Positions 19,704-29,964 are shown, counted from the whole stretch's first letter. The stretch is DNA of 62,612 nucleotides, filler included, from 5 parts of 5 records of this genome joined end to end with filler, not necessarily neighbours in it; one strand, 5' to 3'. The notes: a model not told the origin generated them from the letters alone. Translations and numbers: made by a program.

Positions 19704-20404
19704 GCAGGAACGCTCTCGCGCATCGGCGTCAGGCGCCCATGGTTCATCGACAGCACGCGATCGGCGCGACGCGCCAATGTCAGGTCGTGAGTAATCAGGA
19801 ACACCGCCGTGCCATTGTCCCGCGCCAGCGCGAACATCATCTCGATGACCCGGGCCCCAGTCTCCTGATCAAGATTACCGGTGGGCTCGTCGGCCAGCAG
19901 CAGTTTCGGCTTGTTGACGATGGCCCGCGCCAGGCCCACGCGCTGCTGTTCGCCGCCCGATAGTGCATTGGGCCGATGGTCCAGCCGGTCACCCAACCCA
20001 ACCGCCTCCAGCGCCGCGGTGGCCGCAGCGTTGATTTCGGCAAACGACTGTCCCGTCTCGGCGATCTCCAGCGACAAAGCCACGTTTTCGAGCGCGGTCA
20101 TGGACGGAATGAGATGAAAGTTCTGGAACAGGATGCCCAGATTCTGCCGGCGGAAGATCGCCAGTTCGTCCTCGCTTTTCCCGTTTATTGCCATGCCGGC
20201 CACGGTCACGCTTCCGTTGCTTGCCTGTTCGAGGCCGCCCAGTACCATCAGCAGTGATGTCTTGCCGCTGCCCGATGGCCCGACCACGGCTACCACCTCT
20301 CCAGCCGCGATCGAGAGATCGATGTCCTTGAGGATGTGGAGCGGCGTCTTGCCCGACTGCAGGTGCAGGTTCATTGCGGCAGTCGAAACGACGGGGCTGC
20401 TCAT
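19700..20404 (-). CDS. ybbA: ABC transporter ATP-binding protein
   Basis: GPSGSGKT, LSGGEQQRV and ADEPTGNLD; ATG at 20404; divergent from tesA as in the conserved ybbAP-tesA cluster. Confidence 0.85.
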   Translation of the reverse strand: MSSPVVSTAAMNLHLQSGKTPLHILKDIDLSIAAGEVVAVVGPSGSGKTSLLMVLGGLEQASNGSVTVAGMAINGKSEDELAIFRRQNLGILFQNFHLIPSMTALENVALSLEIAETGQSFAEINAAATAALEAVGLGDRLDHRPNALSGGEQQRVGLARAIVNKPKLLLADEPTGNLDQETGARVIEMMFALARDNGTAVFLITHDLTLARRADRVLSMNHGRLTPMRESVPA

Positions 20405-20469
20405 GCGAGGGGCACCTTTTGTCCAAGCGGGTGTTTGAGAAGTATGTGGTTCAGGAAGAAAGACCAGTG

Positions 20470-21087
20470 ATGACAGCAAAAATTGTTCGTGAAGCAGCCA
20501 TCGTGGTGTCTTTGTTGACGCTCGGGGTAGCGCCAGTGGCAGCCGATGAAAAGACACTGATGCTCTATGGCGACAGCCTTATGGCGGGGCTCGGACTATC
20601 CGAAGCAGACGGTTTCGCTGGTCAGTTGCAACGGGCTCTGGGCGACGACGTCACCATCGTCAACGCCAGCGTTTCGGGCGACACTTCCGCGGATGGGCGC
20701 GCGCGCCTCGACTGGTCTTTGGGCGAGCGGCCCGACGCGGTAATCCTTGAATTGGGAGCGAACGACATGCTGCAAGGCTTGCCGGTCGAAGCCATGCGCG
20801 AAAATCTCAGTGCCATTCTGGCGCGGTTCGAAGCGGAAAACATTCCAGTACTGCTGGCCGGGATGCGCGCCAGTCCAAGCCTTGGAACCGAATATGTCAC
20901 AGCCTATGACGCGGTATTTCCGGAACTGGCACAGCAGTATGATGCCGAGTTTTACCCTTTCTTCCTCGAAGGTGTCGCGACCGATGCGTCGTTGAACCAG
21001 TCCGATGGCATGCATCCAAATGCCGAGGGCGTGCGCCTTATCGTGAAAACGATCCAGCCATTTGTTCAAGCCTTATTGTCTGAATAG
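20470..21087 (+). CDS. tesA: Arylesterase / acyl-CoA thioesterase I (SGNH hydrolase)
   Basis: Signal peptide; GDSL, NASVSGDT, ELGAND and DGMHPN blocks. Confidence 0.9.
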   Translation: MTAKIVREAAIVVSLLTLGVAPVAADEKTLMLYGDSLMAGLGLSEADGFAGQLQRALGDDVTIVNASVSGDTSADGRARLDWSLGERPDAVILELGANDMLQGLPVEAMRENLSAILARFEAENIPVLLAGMRASPSLGTEYVTAYDAVFPELAQQYDAEFYPFFLEGVATDASLNQSDGMHPNAEGVRLIVKTIQPFVQALLSE

Positions 21088-21367
21088 TGCCTTTCTCACG
21101 CGCGCTGACGTATAGCATCGCCGGCGATCTCGAATGTGTTCCGGCTGCTTAAAGTCGATGAGCACCACTTCCAGAACGTCATACCAATGGAACGATCACT
21201 AGCCTGAGGGTCAGTCTATTGGCTAAGCCCGAAGGAAATGGCCGAACCACGGCAGGGGTTTGTGCGCCTCGCGCCAGGATGAAGGAAACTTCTTGCGGGA
21301 TGGAGGCAATCAAATCCGGTTGCGCACGAACGCCGTAGTGATTGAGAGCAATCACGAGACATAAGTT

Positions 21368-22465
21368 ATGGCATCGAACCAAAATACCCCCGGCACCCAG
21401 GTCAGCGGGCGCCGGGGGAGGCGCTTCGGCTGGATGATAGCGGGCTTCTTGCTGGTTGCTGCCGTTTCTGCCTATGCCTATTTGGAACGCCCGTGGGAGG
21501 AGAAACCCGTCCGCGTTAGCGTCGAGATAGCCGAACAGGACCAGCTGATACAGGCTTTGGCGGTGAATGGCAGAGTTGTGGCGCGTGAAACCATCCAGGT
21601 TCGCTCCGCTGTCTCAGGGATGGCTCTCGCAGTCGGAGCAGGCGAGGGAGAAAGCGTGAGCGCCGACGAAGTGTTGGTGCAACTCGATACTGCCCAACCT
21701 CGTGCGCTGCTCGAACAAGCACAAGCCGCGCTGGATGCCGGCTTGGTGCGCCAGCAGCAGGCCGAGGCCAATGCGGCACGCGCGCGAGCCCTGGGCGAAA
21801 ATACGCCGCGCTCCACTCGCGAAGACGCTGAACTTGCGCTGACTGAGGCCAGCAATGAAGTGTCGCGCCTTGCAGCCGCGCTCGACCAGGCCAGAAGTCA
21901 GTTGGGGCAATATACGATCAAATCCCCAATCGACGGGGTTGTGCTGGATCGGTCCATTGATCGCGGACAATTGGTGGATACACAGATCAATCTCTACACT
22001 GTCGCTGACCTCAGCGAACTGCTGGTCGAGACGAACGTCGACGAGTTGTACTCCTCTCGCATTTCCAACGGCCTCGACGTCCTGCTCAGGCCAGCCGGCA
22101 ATACTGTGGCCCAAGAAGGAACAATCGTCTTTACATCCCCCACTGTCGATACGACCACCGGCGGACGGGCGATCAAAATTGCCTTCGACACCCCGGTCGA
22201 TCTGCCTGTCGGACTGACCGTCAGCGCCAACATCATCGTGTCTGAGATAGACTCGGCCATTTCCGTGCCGAGGGGAGCAATCGTGACGGCGGGAACGCAA
22301 AGCCATCTATTGCTTCTTGAAGACGGCGTGGTTCGGGAGCAGGCGATAAATTTCGCGGATTGGCCGGCCGAACGGGTCATGGTGACCGACGGGATCGAAC
22401 CAGGCGACGTCGTGGTACTCGATCCTACGAACGTTATTCCGGGACAGCTGGCGGTTGCGGAATAG
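21368..22465 (+). CDS. Efflux membrane-fusion (periplasmic adaptor) protein, MacA-like
   Basis: N-terminal TM, lipoyl-hairpin-lipoyl pattern, IKSPIDGVV and VPRGAI. Confidence 0.88.
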   Translation: MASNQNTPGTQVSGRRGRRFGWMIAGFLLVAAVSAYAYLERPWEEKPVRVSVEIAEQDQLIQALAVNGRVVARETIQVRSAVSGMALAVGAGEGESVSADEVLVQLDTAQPRALLEQAQAALDAGLVRQQQAEANAARARALGENTPRSTREDAELALTEASNEVSRLAAALDQARSQLGQYTIKSPIDGVVLDRSIDRGQLVDTQINLYTVADLSELLVETNVDELYSSRISNGLDVLLRPAGNTVAQEGTIVFTSPTVDTTTGGRAIKIAFDTPVDLPVGLTVSANIIVSEIDSAISVPRGAIVTAGTQSHLLLLEDGVVREQAINFADWPAERVMVTDGIEPGDVVVLDPTNVIPGQLAVAE

Positions 22466-22469
22466 ATCC

Positions 22470-23675
22470 ATGCTCTATGGTCTCAAGATCGCTACGCGCT
22501 ATTTGACGGCAAACAAGGCACAAACTGGATTGCTCATCACGGGTGTCGCGGTTGGCGTGTTCGTTTTCATATTCATGAGTGCCCTGATCGGAGGGCTTGC
22601 GGTATTTTTGGTGCAACGCACCGTCGGCGACATAGCCCATGTGACCATAGAAGCGCCCAGCCGTGACGCCAGCGCGTTGCTGCCCGAGAGTCCGGGCCTG
22701 CTTATTGTTCGGCAGCGTGACACCACACAGCTCGAACTGTTGCGCACGGCAGATGCCTTCATCCCTCTGATCGAGACGACACCCGGTGTGACGGCAGTGT
22801 CACCTCAAATCGTGGGCAACGGATTTCTGGTGCGGGGTCAGGCAACAGCGCCCGTGGGCGTCACCGGCGTGCAGCCCGACAAAGTCTCCGCCATTGCCAA
22901 TATCGGGAGGAGTATCAGGGCAGGCAGCACCGACCTCAACAGTTCCAATGTGCTTCTGGGGACACGTCTGGCTGAGGACCTGGGGTTACGTGTCGGGCAA
23001 GTGGTTCGCCTTCGCTCCGCCAACGGGCTCGAACTGCCACTGGTTGTTGGCGGCCTATTCGAACTTGGTTTGGACGCACTGGACAGTCGCTCGGCCTTTG
23101 TCAGCCTTTCTGTCGCACGAACGCTGTTCGACGCGCCGCAAGGAATCTCACGTATAGAAATCAAGCTCGACGACCTCAATCAGGCGGAGAACTATGCGCG
23201 CCAACTGGCCGCCGATACCGGCCTTGAGGCCAAACCCTGGACGGAGGGCAACGCTCAATTACTGGATGGCCTGAGGGCGCAGGCCAATTCGGGCAATCTC
23301 ATCAAGGGCTTTGCACTGATTACCATCGTGATCGGCGTAGCCAGCGCGCTGCTGCTGTCGACCTACAGGAGACGGCCCGAAATTGGCATTATGCGAGCGA
23401 TGGGGGCCACCCAAGGCTTTGTGATCTTCGTCTTTGTGACCCAAGGCACCCTGATTGGTCTGCTTGGCGGACTTATAGGCGCCGGTTTGGGATACGCGGC
23501 CCTTTCTCCCTTTCCTTTGCCGGAGGTAGCACCACAAGGTGGTTTGCCCATAGACGTCCGACAAGGCGCCTATGACCTGGCCATAACACTGACCACGATC
23601 GGCGCCATTCTGGCATCCATCCTTCCCGCCCGGGCCGCTGCCCGTGTCGACCCGGTCTCGGTGATCGGCCAATGA
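22470..23675 (+). CDS. MacB/LolE-type ABC permease
   Basis: TM, large periplasmic domain, then three TMs; RRPEIGIMRAMGA and PARAAARVDPV; ATG at 22470. Confidence 0.88.
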   Translation: MLYGLKIATRYLTANKAQTGLLITGVAVGVFVFIFMSALIGGLAVFLVQRTVGDIAHVTIEAPSRDASALLPESPGLLIVRQRDTTQLELLRTADAFIPLIETTPGVTAVSPQIVGNGFLVRGQATAPVGVTGVQPDKVSAIANIGRSIRAGSTDLNSSNVLLGTRLAEDLGLRVGQVVRLRSANGLELPLVVGGLFELGLDALDSRSAFVSLSVARTLFDAPQGISRIEIKLDDLNQAENYARQLAADTGLEAKPWTEGNAQLLDGLRAQANSGNLIKGFALITIVIGVASALLLSTYRRRPEIGIMRAMGATQGFVIFVFVTQGTLIGLLGGLIGAGLGYAALSPFPLPEVAPQGGLPIDVRQGAYDLAITLTTIGAILASILPARAAARVDPVSVIGQ

Positions 23676-24346
23676 GCACGCTGGTTGAAGTCCGAGATAT
23701 TGTCAAAACCTATGGCGAAGGCGATACGGCAACCCCTGTCCTCAAGGATCTCAACCTGACGCTGGACACGGGTGAATTGGCGGCCTTGTTGGGCCCATCA
23801 GGTTCTGGCAAGAGCACGCTGCTGACTATTCTGGGCACGCTTATGAAGCCGACATCGGGGCAGCACCTCATGCTGGATCAGGATCTGACCTCGGCAGATG
23901 ATCGGGAACTCACCGAGTTTCGCAACCGACACATTGGCTTCGTCTTCCAGTTCCATCACCTGTTGCCCGATTTCACGGCCCTGGAAAACGTCATCTTCCC
24001 AACCGCGGTGAAAGCGGGTCGCGAAACTGCGGCAGCGCGGGCGCGTGGACGCGAATTGCTGGACCGGGTGGGGCTTGGCAGCCGCATGGAGTTTCTGGCC
24101 ACCCAGCTGTCTGGCGGACAGAAGCAACGGGTGGCAATTGCCCGTGCCCTGATGAACCAGCCTGAACTGGTCCTTGCCGATGAGCCAACCGGTAATCTCG
24201 ACAGGGAGTCGGCCACACAGGTCATGGACCTGATCGGTGAAATCAATCGCCAGGAAGAGACCAGCTTTCTGATATCGACCCATGACGAAAGGATCGCCGA
24301 AATCTGCCGCCGGCAGATCCGTGTGCTGGATGGCCGCGTGAGCTGA
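23672..24346 (+). CDS. LolD/MacB-type ABC ATP-binding protein
   Basis: GPSGSGKST, IGFVFQFHHLLP, LSGGQKQRV and ADEPTGNLD; ATGA overlap with the permease. Confidence 0.9.
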   Translation: MSTLVEVRDIVKTYGEGDTATPVLKDLNLTLDTGELAALLGPSGSGKSTLLTILGTLMKPTSGQHLMLDQDLTSADDRELTEFRNRHIGFVFQFHHLLPDFTALENVIFPTAVKAGRETAAARARGRELLDRVGLGSRMEFLATQLSGGQKQRVAIARALMNQPELVLADEPTGNLDRESATQVMDLIGEINRQEETSFLISTHDERIAEICRRQIRVLDGRVS

Positions 24347-24392
24347 GCCGCGTTCCGCAACCAAAGGGCGCTGACCGCGCCAAAGGGAAAGG

Positions 24393-24415
24393 GGGACGCG
24401 GACCAGCCGCGTCCC
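24393..24415 (-). terminator. Putative terminator of terC
   Basis: GGGACGCGG-N5-CCGCGTCCC 9-bp stem followed by a pyrimidine-rich tract on the minus strand. Confidence 0.5.
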
Positions 24416-24424
24416 GTGTCGTTG

Positions 24425-25396
24425 TCAATGCTGCGGGGGTGCCGTTCGCCAGAGCGAGTATGCAATCCCGCTTGCCAGGATTATCGCCGTGATGGACAGC
24501 GACCATTCGGCGGGGAATTTATCCCAGCCCAGCAGGTCCGCCAGGAAGATCTTGGACCCGATGAACACCAGCAGCACAGCCAGCGCCTGCTTGAGATAGG
24601 CAAAGCGATGAATGATGGCGGCCAACGCGAAGTAAAGCGCGCGCAGGCCAAGAATAGCAAAGATATTGGACGTATAGACGATGTAAGGATCGGTGGTGAT
24701 GGCAAAAATTGCCGGCACCGAATCCACGGCAAAGATGACGTCCGCGATCTCGATCATGACCAGCGCCAGAAAGAGCGGCGTCATGTACCGCTCCATGCGT
24801 CCTGTCGCCGGATCGACCTGACGAACAAAGAAGCGATCACCCTGCAGGGTCTCGGTGACCCGGAATCGCTTCTTCATGAACAGCAAAACCGGATTTTTGC
24901 TGAGGTCCGTCTCTTCGTGTCCGATCATCAGCATCCGGATACCGGTGAACATCAGGAAGGCGGCGAAGATGTAGAGAATCCAGCCATATTCGGACACCAA
25001 AGTGGCACCTAGACCAATCATGATCGCGCGCAGCACGATGACGCCTAATACGCCCCAGAACAGCACGCGATGCTGCAAATGGCGGGGAACGGCAAGATAG
25101 CCGAAGATCATCGCAATGACGAAGACATTGTCCATGGCCAGGCTCTTTTCGACCACGAAACCGGTGAGATATTCGACACCTGACTGGGCGCCCAGCTGCC
25201 ACCAGACAAAGCCGCCAAAGGCCAATCCAAGAGCGATATAAAAGCCGGACAGCAACAGGCTTTCGCGCACCTCGATCTCGTGCCCATCGCGATGCAGAAC
25301 GCCCAGGTCAAAGGCCAGCAATGCGATCACAAGGCCGAGGAAACCCAGCCACATCCATAGAGGCTGCCCCAGGAAAAGGTTGGTCAGGAGGTCCAT
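24425..25396 (-). CDS. terC: TerC/Alx-family metal-homeostasis membrane protein
   Basis: EYLTGFVVEKSLAMDNVFV, QHRVLFWG, DVIFAVDSVPAIFAIT and SNIFAILGLRALYF; ATG at 25396 after AGGAGG. Confidence 0.9.
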   Translation of the reverse strand: MDLLTNLFLGQPLWMWLGFLGLVIALLAFDLGVLHRDGHEIEVRESLLLSGFYIALGLAFGGFVWWQLGAQSGVEYLTGFVVEKSLAMDNVFVIAMIFGYLAVPRHLQHRVLFWGVLGVIVLRAIMIGLGATLVSEYGWILYIFAAFLMFTGIRMLMIGHEETDLSKNPVLLFMKKRFRVTETLQGDRFFVRQVDPATGRMERYMTPLFLALVMIEIADVIFAVDSVPAIFAITTDPYIVYTSNIFAILGLRALYFALAAIIHRFAYLKQALAVLLVFIGSKIFLADLLGWDKFPAEWSLSITAIILASGIAYSLWRTAPPQH

Positions 25397-25439
25397 TTGC
25401 TGCCCTCCTGGTTGCATCGATGTTTCAGAGGACGCCTCA

Positions 25440-25922
25440 TCAAGCGTCTCCCACAAGGCCAAGGGCACTTTGGACCCGATGCAAGGCACCCAGCTCGACC
25501 GGGTGTACGATGCCATCTGCGGTAATCACCTGATGGCAAGTTTGCCGGATAGTCTCACGCTGCTCGGCACTCAGTATGCTGGCCGACAAACAGTCCAATG
25601 CGCGCTTGTCTGCACTATGGGGGTCGTAGCCATAAGCCCGACCATAGTCGGCAAGTTCCTGGGCGAGCTCAGTGACTGAAAATCCCTGCATCGCTGGGCT
25701 GGCGACAAAGGCCTCTATCAGCTTGCGCCTTTCGGCCAGCGCGAGATGACCATCCGCATGGGCGATGACGGCGACTGCGGCCACAAGGGCCTGGAAGAAA
25801 TCCTCTGCGGTCGCCCGGTCGGCCTGCTGGTGCATCTCGCGCGCATCTGCAGAATGCCGAGCCCTCAAGCGAACGCCGCGCAGGAACAGATCATTCTGGT
25901 GGGGGGATTTGTCTTTGGTCAT
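25440..25922 (-). CDS. TerB-family protein
   Basis: AVIAHADGHLALAERRKL and VITADGIVHPVE, the duplicated ADG..E motifs; GAGGAG SD upstream. Confidence 0.8.
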   Translation of the reverse strand: MTKDKSPHQNDLFLRGVRLRARHSADAREMHQQADRATAEDFFQALVAAVAVIAHADGHLALAERRKLIEAFVASPAMQGFSVTELAQELADYGRAYGYDPHSADKRALDCLSASILSAEQRETIRQTCHQVITADGIVHPVELGALHRVQSALGLVGDA

Positions 25923-26029
25923 GCATATCTCCTCTCAAGGTGCCGCTCGGAGGAGCTGAGGGAGTGCGCATGGGGACCAGGACATTGATGGGGCACCACA
26001 CGCAGATGCCCGCAGGCCCTGCCGAGGTG

Positions 26030-26081
26030 ATCCGACATCGCGTGGCGGACAATGCCGCCGACGCCAGAGGGGCCCGGTCAC
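26030..26081 (-). ncRNA. Candidate cis-regulatory RNA in the terB-terC leader (resembles the alphaproteobacterial sul1 motif)
   Basis: Minus strand GTGACCGGGCCCCTCTGGCGTCGGCGGCATTGTCCGCCACGCGATGTCGGAT folds as nested CCGG/UCGG, GCGU/ACGC and GGCGG/CCGCC stems. The family match is from memory only. Confidence 0.55.
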
Positions 26082-26206
26082 GGAAGAAGAGATTGGTGCA
26101 CAGGAGCCGGGCGGCAAGATGCCGTCGGCAATTTTTTGTCAGGCCGGCCAATGTGACGCCGCAGCGATCAGCTCTTGGGCCACCGGGCTCTGAAACTAGT
26201 GACTGT

Positions 26207-26341
26207 CTAGTCACCGGGTTCGGGTACTGAGAGAGTGGCCCGCGTGCTCAGACGGTCGTTCGGAGCGGCTCTGCTGGGAAAGACGAAGTCCTCTACTGAA
26301 CCCCCTCGCCTTTCGAGCCACGCCAGCAAACTTGTCCTGGC
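26207..26341 (-). pseudogene. Decayed tyrosine recombinase (phage-integrase family) fragment
   Basis: My translation from the contig end: ARTSLLAWLERRGGSVEDFVFPSRAAPNDRLSTR...PGD*. This matches a common alphaproteobacterial integrase segment that normally continues QYARLVDEWV..HSLRR; here it stops before the catalytic HxxR. Confidence 0.7.
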
Positions 26342-26441
26342 NNNNNNNNNNNNNNNNNNNNNNNNNNNNNNNNNNNNNNNNNNNNTTAATTAATTAANNN
26401 NNNNNNNNNNNNNNNNNNNNNNNNNNNNNNNNNNNNNNNNN
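26342..26441. other. Artificial contig linker
   Basis: N44-TTAATTAATTAA-N44. Confidence 0.98.
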
Positions 26442-27759
26442 TCTCGCGCTCGTTATATCCTGTGAGGTCAACGGAGTAGAGTTTGGTTTTGCCCCCACGG
26501 CCCGAAGAGTCGGACGGGAACTGTTTGAAATAAATAAGAACTCGTCCGTTCGGAGCCCAGGTCGGCGACTCCACCAGATAGCCCTGGGAGAGCAGCCGCT
26601 CGCCTGTTCCATCCGGCCGCATGACCCCGATATAGAACTGGCCGCCAACGATTTTGGTGAAGGCGATAAGGTCGCCGCGCGGGGACCAGACCGGCGTGGC
26701 ATAACGCCCTTTTCCAAAGCTGATGCGCTTCACATTGCTGCCATTCGCATCCATCACGTAGATTTGCTGGCTGCCGCCACGGTCGGAGTTGAAGGTAACC
26801 TGGCCGCCATCCGGCGCAAAGGTCGGCGATGTATCGATCGACGGGCTGTCCGTCAGGCGTCGCACCCGGCGGGTCGCGAGATCCATCGTATAGATGTCGG
26901 TAACGCCATTCCGGGCCAGGCTCATAATCACCCTATTTCCATCAGGTGAAAAACGTGGAGCAAAGGTCATCCCCGGGAAATCGCCAAGCACTTCCTGCTG
27001 ACCGGTTTCAATGTTGAAAATATAGACCCTCGGCTTGTCGTTATAATAAGCAAGATAGGTGATTTCCTGCAGTGTTGGCGAGAAACGCGGCGTCAGCACC
27101 AGGTCCTTGCCATCGGTCAGGAACCGGTGGTTCGCACCATCCTGGTCCATGATGGCCAGCCGCTTGGTCCGCCGGTCCGGCGGACCGCTTTCGGCGATAT
27201 AGACGATACGAGTGTCGAAATAGCCGGATTCCCCGGTCATCCGCTGATAGATCGCATCGGAAATGATATGGGCGACGCGGCGCCAGTTCGCCGAGACCGT
27301 GGTATAGGCGTTTGCCACCATCTGCTGTTCGGCGAAGACGTCCCAGAGACGGAACTCGACCTTTACTGCCCCGCTCGCCTCGAAACTCACCGCCCCATGC
27401 ACCAATGCCTGCGCATTGATCAGGCGCCAGTCACCGAAACGCGGCAGGGCGCTCAGGGACACGTTACGCTGGATAAAGGCGGCATTGTCGATTGGCGCGA
27501 ACAGGCCGGAGCGCTCAAGGTTCGCGGATATCACGGCCGCGATATCCTTGCCGATCTGGGCACTCTCGGCGTTGTTGCCGGTGAATTCCGATATCGCCAC
27601 AGGCAGGGGATCAACCTTGCCCTGGGTGATGTCGATCCTCAACTCGGCCCGGGCCGGGCCCAGGGCGAAGAGTACCAGCAGCAATGCGGGCAATATCCAC
27701 CGGCACAGCAGCATGGCGGGCGAAATCTCGGTGATGCGTAGCGGTCCAGCGAACCTCAT
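26442..27759 (-). CDS. tolB: Tol-Pal beta-propeller protein TolB (3' end cut by contig edge)
   Basis: Signal peptide; [17 protein letters not shown] and repeated PxFSPDG/PxWSP blades; ATG at 27759 after GAGAGG. Confidence 0.93.
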
Positions 27760-27794
27760 GATCGGCCTCTCAAGTCGGTCGTGATCGCGGATCT

Positions 27795-28772
27795 TCACAG
27801 CAGATCCCTCGGGTTGAAAGTCATGGTTATGTCTTTCCATGACTCATACTTCTCTGGCGGCAATGGAAGCTTGCCGCAGCTCAAAACCGCACGCCGCGCG
27901 CTTTCAGCGGCACTGCGGAAGAAATCATCCTTGGCCATGCGCGTCTGGTCGACGATCCGTGCGTCGCGTACCGTGCCGTCCGCACTCATCTGAAGGGTGA
28001 TCTCGATATAGAGATCCTCTGCCCCCTTCGCACCGGCAGGCACGTTCCAGCATTGCGCGATCTGGCGCCGCACGGCATCGATCTCGCTGATCGAAACCTT
28101 GTTCTCCGGATCGAACGCCTTGTCTGACCGGCTCCGGGCCGGCGCCTTCAGTTTGGCGAGAACATCCTTCAGAGGATCAACCTTCTCCTTCGACTTTTCC
28201 TCTTCCGGTTTCGTCTGCGGCTCCGCTTCGGTTTTCTCCAGCGTCTTCAGCAGACGCGAGAAATCCTGCTTCTTGTCTTCTTTCTTCGGCTTCTTCTCGG
28301 CCTCTTTCGGCTCCGGCTCGGGCGTGCGCGGTTTCGGGCGCGGTTTCGGTGCCGGGCTCGGGGCCTGTGCCACCTTCTCCGGCTCCGGCTCCTTTTCGGG
28401 AGCAGGCTTCGGGATTGGCGCGGGTTCCGGCTCCGGCGCTTCCGCGACAGGTTTCGGCGCGGGTTCCGGGGTGGGGGCCGGAGCGGGTTCCGGAACCGGT
28501 GGCGGCGGTGGCGGGGCTGCCACTTCCGGCGGGGGTGGCGGCGCTTTTGGCTCTTCCGGCTCAGGCTCGGCGGCCTTCGGTTCCGGCTCTTCGGCTTTCT
28601 CGGGCTCGACCGCCGCTGTCGGCGTGTTGGTCACTTCCGAGATGTCCACCATATCGACGATCACCAGCTGCTCCGGAAGGATATCGTCGTTCCGGAGTTC
28701 AGGCAGACCGAACCATGCAAACGCAAAAATCGCGACATGCAGGCCGATGGATATGGTGAGCCCTTTGCGCAT
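27795..28772 (-). CDS. tolA: TolA-like cell-envelope integrity protein
   Basis: N-terminal TM with SxxLH, a long Pro/Glu/Lys linker, and a TonB-C-like C-terminus ([11 protein letters not shown]); lies between tolR and tolB. Confidence 0.88.
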   Translation of the reverse strand: MRKGLTISIGLHVAIFAFAWFGLPELRNDDILPEQLVIVDMVDISEVTNTPTAAVEPEKAEEPEPKAAEPEPEEPKAPPPPPEVAAPPPPPPVPEPAPAPTPEPAPKPVAEAPEPEPAPIPKPAPEKEPEPEKVAQAPSPAPKPRPKPRTPEPEPKEAEKKPKKEDKKQDFSRLLKTLEKTEAEPQTKPEEEKSKEKVDPLKDVLAKLKAPARSRSDKAFDPENKVSISEIDAVRRQIAQCWNVPAGAKGAEDLYIEITLQMSADGTVRDARIVDQTRMAKDDFFRSAAESARRAVLSCGKLPLPPEKYESWKDITMTFNPRDLL

Positions 28773-28776
28773 CGTG

Positions 28777-29229
28777 TCAGCGCGTCCCCTTGCTGTCCGG
28801 GATCTCAGCCAGAAGCGCGACTTTCTTGAAGCCGGCGGAGCTGATCAACCCCATGACTTCCATGACGGTGCCATACTGAATGGCCTTGTCCCCGCGCACG
28901 AAGATCCGCACATCCGGGCGCTGTCCGGTGACCGCGTTCAACCGGGGCACCAGATTTTCCCTCGGCACCTCGGTTTCCTGCAGAAAGATCACGCCGTCCG
29001 CATTCACCGAAACCACCAGCGGCTCGACCTCGTCGGTCAGCTGCGCCGCCTCGGTCTTCGGCAGATCGACGGGCACACCGACCGTCAGCAGCGGAGCAGT
29101 GACCATGAAAACGATCAGCAGCACCAGCATGACATCGACCAGCGGCGTCACGTTGATTTCGCTCAGCGGACGGTAGCGCCCTCGCGCTCCTCGGCCACCG
29201 CGCCCGGCTCCGATCATGGAAGCGGCCAT
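28777..29229 (-). CDS. tolR: TolR
   Basis: EINVTPLVDVMLVLLIVFMVTAP; RGDKAIQYG. Confidence 0.93.
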   Translation of the reverse strand: MAASMIGAGRGGRGARGRYRPLSEINVTPLVDVMLVLLIVFMVTAPLLTVGVPVDLPKTEAAQLTDEVEPLVVSVNADGVIFLQETEVPRENLVPRLNAVTGQRPDVRIFVRGDKAIQYGTVMEVMGLISSAGFKKVALLAEIPDSKGTR

Positions 29230-29232
29230 AGC

Positions 29233-29964
29233 TCAGCCCCCCTCGTCAAGCTGGCGGGACAGGATGGAGGCGAATTCGCTGGAGAAGGTTTCCAGCCGCC
29301 CCGCATACCGGCCGAGATCGGTTGAGATCTTGTTGTAGGCAATCACGGCGGGGATCGCCGCAATCAGGCCAAGAGCCGTCGCGAACAGGGCCTCGGCAAT
29401 GCCCGGCGCGACCACCGCGAGCGAGGTATTCTTGGTCGCCGCGATGGACTGGAAGCTGTTCATGATCCCCCAGACGGTGCCGAACAGCCCGACAAAGGGG
29501 GCAACGGAGCCAACCGAGGCAAGGAAAGTCATGTGTTTTTCCAGGCGATCCATCTCCCGGGAAATAGAGAGCTGCATCACCTGTTCGATACGCTGGCGCA
29601 GGCTGGCCCGGATTTCAGAGCCTTTCGAGGTCAGCCCCTTGGCCGCCGACCGGCGCCATTCTCGCATTGCTGCGGCGAACACGCCGGTCATCGGGTCTCC
29701 CGGTTGCCCGCCGATCCGGTCGTAAAGATCCTCGAGCGAGCCGCCCGACCAGAATGCCTCCTCGAAATGCACAGCCGCTTTCGAAAGCCGGCGCATTTTC
29801 AGGGTCTTGTCGACAATGATCGCCCAGCTCCAGATCGACGCGCCGATCAGGATGAGCATCACGGCCTTCACGATCCAGTCCGCGGTCATGAACAAACCCC
29901 AGATGCTCATGTCCGTGGCCGCTGTGCCCCCAAGTGTCACGGTATCGACTAGTGTCTGATCCAT
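29233..29964 (-). CDS. tolQ: TolQ
   Basis: PFVGLFGTVWGIM; VAPGIAEALFATALGL. Confidence 0.95.
   Translation of the reverse strand: MDQTLVDTVTLGGTAATDMSIWGLFMTADWIVKAVMLILIGASIWSWAIIVDKTLKMRRLSKAAVHFEEAFWSGGSLEDLYDRIGGQPGDPMTGVFAAAMREWRRSAAKGLTSKGSEIRASLRQRIEQVMQLSISREMDRLEKHMTFLASVGSVAPFVGLFGTVWGIMNSFQSIAATKNTSLAVVAPGIAEALFATALGLIAAIPAVIAYNKISTDLGRYAGRLETFSSEFASILSRQLDEGG

Noticed and set aside
26195..26216. GTGACT-GTCT-AGTCAC palindrome as an operator or att site
   Set aside because: Falls in the decayed integrase reading frame and is short enough to be chance.
25923..26341. yybP-ykoY manganese riboswitch expected upstream of terC
   Set aside because: The GGGGAGUAG and CAAGACC-type core sequences are not present on the minus strand.
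28099..29325. Gly/Ser-rich 408-aa ORF and repeat-like DNA
   Set aside because: Antisense reading of the Pro/Glu/Lys linker of tolA; neither a gene nor a repeat array.
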